Both the position numbers and the translations under genes were made by a program. The notes below the pieces were generated by a model. The model made no database searches. It had not been told where the DNA came from and saw nothing but the letters and a program-made list of their open reading frames with translations. DNA of 64,000 nt from an uncultured Flavobacteriaceae bacterium (GTDB lineage: Bacteria > Bacteroidota > Bacteroidia > Flavobacteriales > Flavobacteriaceae). Every line of letters starts with the position of its first letter. The stretch's first letter is position 1. The DNA lies in assembly GCA_947486785.1 (NCBI GenBank), contig CANKUU010000010.1, positions 61,272 through 125,271 of the forward strand, written 5' to 3'. Shown here one piece after another: positions 40,185-48,575 of this stretch.

Positions 40185-41627
40185 ATGAATAAGCTTTATC
40201 TAAAAACTTGGCTTGCTTTTTTTATACTCTGTACTATATCATGTAAAAACAAAACAGAACAAAAAGTTACAAAAGAAGCCAAAGCACCAAATGTAGTTCT
40301 CATATTTACAGATGATCAAGGTTATCAAGATCTCGGAATATTTGGTGCAGATGATATTGCAACGCCAAATTTAGACCAAATGGCAGCCGACGGCCTAAAA
40401 CTAACTAGTTATTACGCTGCACAAGCGGTATGCTCAGCTTCAAGAGCAGGTATTCTTACGGGTTGCTATCCTAATAGAATAGGAATTCATAACGCCTTAG
40501 GACCCGATAATACCCATGGCCTAAATACTTCAGAAACTACAATAGCCGAGATGCTGCAAGCAAAGGGTTACAAAACGGCTATTTTTGGCAAATGGCACTT
40601 AGGACATCATGATCAATTTTTACCTACCCGTCATGGTTTTGACGAGTGGTTTGGTATTCCATATTCAAATGACATGTGGCCCTATCACCCACAACAAGGT
40701 AGCATTTTTAATTTTCCTGATTTACCGCTCTACGAAAATGAAACGATAATTGATACCTTAACCGACCAAACACAGTTAACTACTCAAATTACAGAACGTA
40801 GCGTTGCTTTCATAAACAAGAATAAAGACAAACCCTTTTTTTTATACGTTCCGCATCCGCAGCCACATGTGCCTTTATTTGTGTCAAATAAATTTAAAGG
40901 AAAGTCTAAAAGAGGTTTATATGGCGATGTTATTATGGAGATTGATTGGTCTGTAGGTGAAATTTTAACAGCCTTAAAAGAAAATAATCTTGAAGAAAAC
41001 ACCATCGTTATTTTTACCTCTGATAATGGCCCATGGCTCGCTTATGGTAACCACTCTGGTAGTGCCTATCCACTTCGCGAAGGCAAAGGCACCGCCTGGG
41101 AAGGAGGCCAGCGAGAACCTTTTATTATCAAGTATCCGAAACAGTTAGCCGCTGGAAGCGTATTAAACCTTCCAGTGATGGCTATTGATTTACTTCCTAC
41201 ACTTGCCGAAGTAACAGAGGCCGAACTACCTTTAAAAACAATTGATGGCAAAAGTGTTTGGAAACTGATGACCGGTGAATCTAAAGAAAGCCCACAAGAG
41301 GCCTATTTCTTCTATTATAGAGTAAATGAGTTGTTTGGAGTTCGCTATGGCGACTGGAAACTATATTTTCCACATCGTTACAGAACCATGAACGGACAAG
41401 AACCTGGTAGAGATGGCCAACCTGGCGATTATAAAATGGTAGATTTAGAAGAAATAGAACTCTATAATGTGGTTACTGATATTAGCGAAACAAAAAATGT
41501 AGCCGCTGAAAATCCAGAAGTAGTTCAAAAAATAAAATTACTTGCCAATACCATGCGAACCCGACTCGGAGATTCTTTGCTAGAATTAAAAGGTTCTGAA
41601 ACAAGGCCGGCGGGCACCATAAAATGA
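40185..41627 (+). CDS. Formylglycine-dependent S1 sulfatase, lipoprotein
   Basis: PNVVLIFTDDQGY, CSASRAGILTG (Cys-type, CxAxR variant), GKWHLG, PYSNDM, FTSDNGP, GKGTAWEGG; lipobox ISC. Confidence 0.95.
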   Translation: MNKLYLKTWLAFFILCTISCKNKTEQKVTKEAKAPNVVLIFTDDQGYQDLGIFGADDIATPNLDQMAADGLKLTSYYAAQAVCSASRAGILTGCYPNRIGIHNALGPDNTHGLNTSETTIAEMLQAKGYKTAIFGKWHLGHHDQFLPTRHGFDEWFGIPYSNDMWPYHPQQGSIFNFPDLPLYENETIIDTLTDQTQLTTQITERSVAFINKNKDKPFFLYVPHPQPHVPLFVSNKFKGKSKRGLYGDVIMEIDWSVGEILTALKENNLEENTIVIFTSDNGPWLAYGNHSGSAYPLREGKGTAWEGGQREPFIIKYPKQLAAGSVLNLPVMAIDLLPTLAEVTEAELPLKTIDGKSVWKLMTGESKESPQEAYFFYYRVNELFGVRYGDWKLYFPHRYRTMNGQEPGRDGQPGDYKMVDLEEIELYNVVTDISETKNVAAENPEVVQKIKLLANTMRTRLGDSLLELKGSETRPAGTIK

Positions 41628-42337
41628 GTAAACCCTTTAAATTTAAACAGTTTTCAATAGAACAAGACCGTTGTGCAATGAAAATTGGCACCGATAGTGT
41701 TATTCTAGGCGCATGGGCAAACATCAAAAAACAACCCAAGCAGATCTTAGACATTGGTTCGGGCACCGGCATTTTAGCACTAATGCTAGCACAAAGAAGT
41801 TCTGCAGAAAATATAGAGGCCTTAGATATCGATGAAGAGGCATACGAACAATGTGTAGACAATTTTGAATCTTCGCCTTGGGCAGATCGTTTATTTTGTT
41901 ACCATGCAGGATTAGATGAGTTTGTTGATGACCTTGAAGATCGTTACAATTTAATAGTTTCCAACCCCCCTTTTTATTCAGAAGTTGTTTCTAGCGGAAA
42001 TATATCAAGAGATATTGCCAGACAAAACCAATCACTTCCCTTTAACGAACTCTTTGAAGGGGTCTCTAAACTACTTGATAAAGATGGTATTTTTGCAAGT
42101 GTGGCTCCATTTAAAGAAGAAAAAAAAATCATTAAAATCGCCCAAATTTTCAAGCTATTTCCGCTTCGAATTTTAAGGGTTAAAGGAAATGATTCTAGCC
42201 CAATTAAACGAAGTTTTATAGAATTTACCTTTACTAAAACTGACACTAAAATAGAAGAACTTATTATTGAAAAAGAACGTCATCAGTATACTAACGATTA
42301 CAAAAAACTAACGAAAGACTTTTATTTAAAAATGTAA
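41624..42337 (+). CDS. trmN6: tRNA1(Val) (adenine37-N6)-methyltransferase
   Basis: FKFKQF, MKIGTDSVILGAW, ILDIGSGTG, IVSNPPFY, YKKLTKDFYLK; ATGA overlap with the sulfatase. Confidence 0.9.
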   Translation: MSKPFKFKQFSIEQDRCAMKIGTDSVILGAWANIKKQPKQILDIGSGTGILALMLAQRSSAENIEALDIDEEAYEQCVDNFESSPWADRLFCYHAGLDEFVDDLEDRYNLIVSNPPFYSEVVSSGNISRDIARQNQSLPFNELFEGVSKLLDKDGIFASVAPFKEEKKIIKIAQIFKLFPLRILRVKGNDSSPIKRSFIEFTFTKTDTKIEELIIEKERHQYTNDYKKLTKDFYLKM

Positions 42338-42427
42338 TCTAAAAGCTGTTCTTTTTAATGGAAAAATCTAGCTTTTGAAATTTATACTGCTAAAAAAAGT
42401 GCAAAAATGACCTTTTTTAAATGAGCT

Positions 42428-42445
42428 AAACCAACCGATTGGTTT
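42428..42445. promoter_or_regulatory. Near-perfect palindrome AAACCAACCGATTGGTTT, possible operator
   Basis: 18 bp with one mismatched pair, in the trmN6-acyl-CoA dehydrogenase intergenic region. Confidence 0.3.
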
Positions 42446-42827
42446 GCTAAAGTACCTATTACCCTCAAAACTTTTTAATTTCATTACCGTTTATCGATAA
42501 AAACATAACAACATCTATGCTGTACGTTTTCTCTGTCTAAATATGTAAGTGCCAAAACAAACTAATGAGTCTAATCCACTAATTCTTTTACATTAAGCTA
42601 ATGATGGGTAAGATACCCAACTCAACACTATCAAATCAGGGGTATTATTAGCTCTATATTTAGTCGTTTAAAAAGAAACTCTATTTAAATAGGCATCATT
42701 TTTCATCTTAACGACTCCTGTAATTTGACTACTAAAACGCCATCAAAAACATAAAAAACGTACGACCAGAAAGCAGCGTACAAAACCGATTTTTAACAGA
42801 ATTATAATAAATACAACAATAGCAGAA

Positions 42828-42857
42828 TTGAATGTTATATTTTTATACTTATTTTTG
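42828..42857 (+). promoter_or_regulatory. Bacteroidota sigma-A promoter of the acyl-CoA dehydrogenase gene
   Basis: TTG(42828)-N19-TATTTTTG(42850); supports ATG 42873 as the start. Confidence 0.65.
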
Positions 42858-42872
42858 ATAAAAATTACAGCG

Positions 42873-44051
42873 ATGAAACCCGATTTATTTGAAGCACCTG
42901 ACTATTACAATCTTGATGATTTACTTTCTGAAGAACACCTTTTAGTACGCGATGCTGCTCGCCAATGGGTAAAGAGAGATGTTTCACCTATAATTGAGGA
43001 ATACGCCCAAAAGGCAGAATTTCCAAAACAGATAATTAGTGGTTTGGCAGAAATTGGTGCCTTTGGCCCATATATACCGGAAGAATATGGCGGCGCTGGG
43101 CTAGATCAAATAAGCTATGGTCTTATAATGCAAGAAATTGAACGCGGCGATAGTGGTGTACGATCAACAGCCTCTGTTCAATCTTCATTAGTGATGTACC
43201 CTATATACACCTACGGAAATGAAGCTCAACGTAAAAAATATTTGCCCAAATTAGCCTCTGGTGAATGGATGGGTTCTTTTGGCTTAACAGAACCTAACCA
43301 CGGGTCTAACCCAGGTGGCATGGATACCAAATTTAAAGACATGGGTGACCATTATCTTTTAAATGGCGCAAAACTTTGGATTTCAAATTCGCCTTTTTGT
43401 GATGTTGCTGTTGTTTGGGCTAAAAATGAGGAGGGACGTATTCATGGCCTTATTGTAGAAAGAGGCATGGAAGGCTTTTCTACACCTGAAACACATAACA
43501 AATGGTCGCTTAGAGCGTCGGCAACGGGAGAACTTATTTTTAGCGATGTAAAAGTACCTAAAGAGAATATACTTGAAGGCAAATCTGGACTAGGCGCGCC
43601 CTTAGGATGTTTAGACTCTGCTCGATATGGAATTTCATGGGGTGCGATCGGTGCTGCAATGGACTGTTATGATACCGCCCTTAGATACGCAAAGGAGAGA
43701 ATACAGTTTGGTAAGCCTATAGCCGCTTTTCAATTACAGCAGAAAAAATTGGCTGAAATGATTACTGAAATTACCAAAGCACAATTATTAGCCTTTAGAC
43801 TTGGACAATTAAAAAATGAAGGTCGTGCTACCACCGCACAGATTTCTATGGCTAAAAGAAACAACGTAGATATGGCTATTAAAATAGCTCGTGAATCACG
43901 TCAAATTCTGGGCGGAATGGGCATCACAGGTGAGTATAGTATCATGCGCCATATGATGAACTTAGAAAGTGTAATCACTTATGAAGGCACCCACGATATT
44001 CATTTACTTATTACGGGAATGGATATTACAGGGCATGCTGCTTTTAAATAA
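42873..44051 (+). CDS. gcdH: Acyl-CoA dehydrogenase, glutaryl-CoA dehydrogenase-like
   Basis: EIERGDSGVRS, FGLTEPNHGSNPGGM, LNGAKLWISNSP, RQILGGMGI, TYEGTHDIH. The track's TTG 42828 is the -33 promoter element. Confidence 0.85.
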   Translation: MKPDLFEAPDYYNLDDLLSEEHLLVRDAARQWVKRDVSPIIEEYAQKAEFPKQIISGLAEIGAFGPYIPEEYGGAGLDQISYGLIMQEIERGDSGVRSTASVQSSLVMYPIYTYGNEAQRKKYLPKLASGEWMGSFGLTEPNHGSNPGGMDTKFKDMGDHYLLNGAKLWISNSPFCDVAVVWAKNEEGRIHGLIVERGMEGFSTPETHNKWSLRASATGELIFSDVKVPKENILEGKSGLGAPLGCLDSARYGISWGAIGAAMDCYDTALRYAKERIQFGKPIAAFQLQQKKLAEMITEITKAQLLAFRLGQLKNEGRATTAQISMAKRNNVDMAIKIARESRQILGGMGITGEYSIMRHMMNLESVITYEGTHDIHLLITGMDITGHAAFK

Positions 44052-44072
44052 AGTAACAGCTTTTTTTTTGAT

Positions 44073-44106
44073 AAAAACCTTGTAGCTACTGCTTTTAGCT
44101 ACGGGT
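44073..44106 (-). terminator. Intrinsic terminator between convergent acyl-CoA dehydrogenase and SGNH genes
   Basis: GTAGCTA-N7-TAGCTAC stem with a U-tract on the minus strand. Confidence 0.55.
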
Positions 44107-44107
44107 A

Positions 44108-45871
44108 TTAATTACTTTGAAGCACTTGTTGCATTTTTTCAGCTAACAAGTAATAACCTTCTTGGTTTGGATGCAAGCCATCAGTAAAAAAGGAAGCGTT
44201 TATTTTTCCATCGGCTCTTAATAACGGAGTTCCTATTTCTTTATAATCAATAAACGCTTCGCTTGCTAAACGTTTAATTTTACGGTTTAAGTTCTTAATC
44301 AGATTTTCTTTTTCGGCTCTCGGCAGTATTCCTAAAAGTACAATTTTACTCTTAGGCTGCCTTACTTTTATAGCATCTACTAAATTCTTTAACCCCGATA
44401 AAATTTCTACTTCATTAGCAATGCCTAAATTATTAGTGCCAATTAAGAGCACTATTTTCTTCGCTTCAAAACCATCAAGTTCATCATGCTGAACTCTCCA
44501 CAATACATTTTCAATTCTATCCCAGCCAAACCCAAAATTAGCAACGCTCATGGGTGCCAAAACCTGCTGCCAAGAAGCCTCACCTCTTGCTATTGTAGCC
44601 TTTGGTTCGCCTCCCCAAAAATGAAGAATAGAATCTCCAAAAAGACATATTTCTGGGGCGCTCGCTTGGTTTAAGGCTAATATCTGCTGGTGTCTCTCTT
44701 CCCATTTATAAACAGAAATATCTCTACTTTGTGTAACCGGAATGGTAGTTATCAAATCACCACTATTCTCTTGTAATAGCACTCTCAACCATCTTTCATA
44801 AGCATCAGCGTATTGCATCATTCCAACATCGTTTGGATGCTTATAATCCACATACGAATCAAACTGAAGCGCTAATTCTTCTTTCTTTAAAAGAAAAACA
44901 TCCATAAAGCCTTCTGATCGTAATTTTTTAAATGCCTTATTTATCAAAAGATTAAGTTCACGATAAGCCTCATAACTTTTTGAATTGATAAATGTATTCG
45001 CGTAACCTGCATGAGCCGTAAGAAGTATAGGAATATTTGGCCTTTTTGTTTTTAAATCTTTAACTGCATTTAGTATACGTTGATACACCTTATCACCTTC
45101 AGCACCTAAATCTGGTAAACAATCTAAAATATATACTTTGGCATCAATCTCAGCCATTAGGTTAATAAGTTCTGGCTCTAAGCTGCCATTGGCAGAAAAT
45201 CCTAAATTAATAACAGGTCGTTCTAATTTTCGCTCTAAAATATTTGTCCAAGCCATACCTGGTCGAGAGGCATATGCACCTTTTACTATAGAAGAACCAT
45301 AAACAACAATAGGCTTCTCTTTTCTAGTGGGCAATGGCTTTAAAAAAGAGCGATCGCTTACACCAATCTCTAGTTTTTCTAGCTCGGCATATAATGGTAA
45401 AAACAACTGATATTCTCTGCCGTAGGTTAGGTAGGCATCAGTTTGGTCGTCTATAGTAAATGTATATGAACTTAGGCTATCAATGGTGTAAGACCCCCAG
45501 TATCGCAGCCATTCACCGTCATAAGATTTACTATATAAATCTAAACCGCTAACTCCAGTCGCAGGCATATCTGGCATCTTTATGAGCTCTTTTACTTTGT
45601 ACTTAACCTGAATATGCTGGGCATTTGACCAGAAACGGATAGACAAGCCTGAGGAGTGCTTTGACAATTTCCAAACTGGTTTTCTTAGTTTTTCCTTAGC
45701 TCTTTTTGGAAGCCGATGATAGGTAGATTCAAGCTCATTTGACCAACCTTGCCCCGATATTACCGAAAAATTGCTGTTTTCAGGGTTCCACCAGTTTACA
45801 TTTTCGGCAACTTGAGCCTGTAGGCTAACTAGTATAAAAACAAACATTAGCAAGCTTATATCTTTCTTCAT
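44108..45871 (-). CDS. Secreted SGNH/GDSL hydrolase with GxDLY N-domain and two SGNH domains
   Basis: Signal peptide; MPATGVSGLDLY; domain 1 VYGSSI...NLGFS...DYKHPND; domain 2 FGDSI...GFGWD...IGTNN...DGLHPN. Confidence 0.88.
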   Translation of the reverse strand: MKKDISLLMFVFILVSLQAQVAENVNWWNPENSNFSVISGQGWSNELESTYHRLPKRAKEKLRKPVWKLSKHSSGLSIRFWSNAQHIQVKYKVKELIKMPDMPATGVSGLDLYSKSYDGEWLRYWGSYTIDSLSSYTFTIDDQTDAYLTYGREYQLFLPLYAELEKLEIGVSDRSFLKPLPTRKEKPIVVYGSSIVKGAYASRPGMAWTNILERKLERPVINLGFSANGSLEPELINLMAEIDAKVYILDCLPDLGAEGDKVYQRILNAVKDLKTKRPNIPILLTAHAGYANTFINSKSYEAYRELNLLINKAFKKLRSEGFMDVFLLKKEELALQFDSYVDYKHPNDVGMMQYADAYERWLRVLLQENSGDLITTIPVTQSRDISVYKWEERHQQILALNQASAPEICLFGDSILHFWGGEPKATIARGEASWQQVLAPMSVANFGFGWDRIENVLWRVQHDELDGFEAKKIVLLIGTNNLGIANEVEILSGLKNLVDAIKVRQPKSKIVLLGILPRAEKENLIKNLNRKIKRLASEAFIDYKEIGTPLLRADGKINASFFTDGLHPNQEGYYLLAEKMQQVLQSN

Positions 45872-45922
45872 AAAATTAGTTAAAGATGGTTTTGTACAGG
45901 TTCGCTACTTTTAAACTGTAAA

Positions 45923-48223
45923 TTATACGATTTTATGCACTCTAACCTTTATTGATTTACTGCTGGGTGTTTTACTTTTATCTGCAAAGTGATGATGCGG
46001 AACCAGCACGTTTGTTTCTGGAAAATAAGCTGCCAAATTACCTTTTGGAATAGCGTAAGGAATTACTTTAAACTGAAAAGCGACTCGTTTTTCACCCTTG
46101 TACGTACTGCTTATATCAACAACATCAAATTTTTTTAGTCCTACAGAGGCCATATCCTCATTATTCATAAAAAGCACTCGCCTTTCATTATAAACACCTC
46201 TATATCTATCGTTAAGTCCATAAATAGTGGTGTTAAATTGATCATGAGAACGAATGGTCATTAGCATATACTCATCTTTCTCAAGCTTATGCTGAGGCAC
46301 CTTATTTAGGGTAAGCTGTGCTTTATGGTTGGGCAATTTACTAAAATCTAATTCGCGTGCATTGTTGGGTAAATAATATCCTGACCCTTTAGATCGCTGC
46401 TCGGTTTTGCTAAATCCTTTAACCACTTGGTCAATCTTTTCTCGAATAAGCTCATAATTTTTACCAAGTGCTTTCCAATCCATGGCATGTTTACCTTCAA
46501 AGAAGGTATCTGCAATTTCTGCTATCATTTCTGGTTCGCTCTTAATCATTGTAGATGCTGGCTTAAGCACCCCTCGAGATTGTCGAACTTGCCCCATACT
46601 ATTCTCTACGGTAATACGGCGAATTTTACCATCTTTCATATCTTTTTCTGACCTACCAAAAGTGGGCAAAATTAAAGCGGTTTTACCGGTAACTAGGTGT
46701 GTTCGATTAAGCTTAGTGCTAATTTGAACGGTAATATTACAGTTTTGAAGCGCCTCTGCGGTATATGTCGTATCTGATGCTGCCATTAAAAAATTACCCC
46801 CCAAACACATAAAAAATTTAGCCTTTCCTTCATGCATTGCTTTCATTGCACCCACCGTATCATAGCCTTCTTTATAAGGAGGTGAAAAACCTAAATACTG
46901 TTCTATATTTTTATTAAGCTCTTTGTTTACGAAATGCATAATACCCACACTTCTATCGCCTTGAACGTTGCTGTGGCCTCTTACTGGACAAGTACCTGAA
47001 TGAGGTTTACCTATTGCCCCTTTCAATAATAATAGGTTTATATACTCTCTTATATTTTCAACTCCATTTTTATGCTGGGTTAAGCCCATGGCCCAACACA
47101 CTACAATTTTAGACTTTCTTGCCAATAGATTAACCACAGCATCAACACGCTCTTTAGAAACTCCAGACTGTTCTAAAAGAGCCCTTTCATCATAGGTTTT
47201 TAAATCTGCAATTAAATTTTCATAACCATCAACGTAGTTCATTAAAAATTTATGATCAAAAATATCGCGACTAAGAACATCTAAGGTTGCTAATCGAATT
47301 AAAATTAATTTAATAAGCGGAATATCTTGATTTATTTTTACAGGAAGATGAATATCTGCAATATGATCTGCTTCGCCAATCCATCCTTTTAAATGCTGTG
47401 GATTTTTAAAATTAACTAGTCCTGATTCCTCTAAGGGGTTAATACTAATTACTTTGCCCCCATTAGCTTTACATTTAGCTAGAGCAGACAACATTCTAGG
47501 ATGGTTTGTACCTGGGTTTTGACCTGCAACAATAATTACTTCAGCCCCATATAAATCTTCAAGCTTTACAGAGCCTTTACCAATACCAAGCGTTTCTCCT
47601 AAAGCTACCCCACTAGATTCATGACACATATTAGAACAGTCGGGCATATTATTTGTACCTAGCGCGCGCGCAAACATACCGTATAAAAAAGCAGCTTCGT
47701 TACTTGATCTTCCTGAGGTATAAAAAATAGCCTCGTTTGGTGAGTTTAACTCTTTAAGTTCTGATGCAATAAGATGGTATGCTTCTTGCCAGGTTATTGG
47801 CTCATAATGCACACTACCAGGTTTAATGACAAGAGGCTCTATAATTCGTCCAAGTTTATTTAATTCATAATCTGTAAATTTAGAGAGTTCTTCTACCGAA
47901 TATTTTCTAAAAAAGTCTGAGCCAATATGAGATGTCGTTGCCTCGTCTGCCAATGCTTTTGCTCCATTTTCACAGTACTCTGCCAGCCTAGATGATTTTT
48001 TCGGATCAGGCCAGGCACAGCTCGGACAACTAAAGCCGTTTTTCTGGTTCATATCTAAAAGAGCGGTCATTGACCGTACAACCCCCATTTCTTTAAAGCT
48101 GTGCCTTAGCGCTTCTTTTACCCCTAATGCACCTGCCGCAATGCGAACTGGAGCTTTCAATTTTAAATCTGAAAAATCTTGATTTCCTCGAACGGAAACA
48201 TTTCTGTGAAAATTAGAACTCAT
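45923..48223 (-). CDS. FdhF/YdeP family molybdopterin oxidoreductase
   Basis: GFSCPSCAWPD, YCENGAKA, FYTSGRSSNEAAF, PDCSNMCHESSG, PVRGHSNVQGDR, TIRSHDQFNTTIYG, AAYFPETN. Confidence 0.93.
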   Translation of the reverse strand: MSSNFHRNVSVRGNQDFSDLKLKAPVRIAAGALGVKEALRHSFKEMGVVRSMTALLDMNQKNGFSCPSCAWPDPKKSSRLAEYCENGAKALADEATTSHIGSDFFRKYSVEELSKFTDYELNKLGRIIEPLVIKPGSVHYEPITWQEAYHLIASELKELNSPNEAIFYTSGRSSNEAAFLYGMFARALGTNNMPDCSNMCHESSGVALGETLGIGKGSVKLEDLYGAEVIIVAGQNPGTNHPRMLSALAKCKANGGKVISINPLEESGLVNFKNPQHLKGWIGEADHIADIHLPVKINQDIPLIKLILIRLATLDVLSRDIFDHKFLMNYVDGYENLIADLKTYDERALLEQSGVSKERVDAVVNLLARKSKIVVCWAMGLTQHKNGVENIREYINLLLLKGAIGKPHSGTCPVRGHSNVQGDRSVGIMHFVNKELNKNIEQYLGFSPPYKEGYDTVGAMKAMHEGKAKFFMCLGGNFLMAASDTTYTAEALQNCNITVQISTKLNRTHLVTGKTALILPTFGRSEKDMKDGKIRRITVENSMGQVRQSRGVLKPASTMIKSEPEMIAEIADTFFEGKHAMDWKALGKNYELIREKIDQVVKGFSKTEQRSKGSGYYLPNNARELDFSKLPNHKAQLTLNKVPQHKLEKDEYMLMTIRSHDQFNTTIYGLNDRYRGVYNERRVLFMNNEDMASVGLKKFDVVDISSTYKGEKRVAFQFKVIPYAIPKGNLAAYFPETNVLVPHHHFADKSKTPSSKSIKVRVHKIV

Positions 48224-48502
48224 AACTTAATTAAATTACGCCTTTACCCGAATTGTGCATGTAAAAAACATCGAGAGTATTTAAATTGCTGTAAAAGAAG
48301 GCCTCGTAATAAAATACAACTACACAAACCGAGCTTAAAAATACCCTTTATAGTTGATATTTATGTCCGAAACAACAAAATCATAGCTGCTCACCACAAC
48401 TTTAGCTTAGTTCACATCATTTCTTTTAGTAAACCCTGCCTACTATATATCTTTGAAGTGTAATTAAGAAGTATAATTTTCATTTTCATATAGTGTTCTC
48501 GT

Positions 48503-48535
48503 AAAAGAGCTCCGTTGTAAAAACGGAGCTCTTTT
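48503..48535. terminator. Intrinsic terminator after dnaE2
   Basis: AAAAGAGCTCCGTT-GTAAA-AACGGAGCTCTTTT. Confidence 0.85.
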
Positions 48536-48575
48536 TAGTTTTACTCTATTTTAATAGTAATGAACGCTTTACCCT

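Noticed and set aside
45923-48223. Possible selenocysteine recoding in the FdhF-like gene
   Set aside because: The ORF is uninterrupted and has Cys (CSNMCHE) at the metal-ligand position.
48179-48463. 94-aa Cys/Lys-rich plus-strand ORF upstream of the YdeP gene
   Set aside because: It overlaps the ydeP start antisense, has atypical composition and no known motif; the minus-strand frames I checked there are closed by stops.
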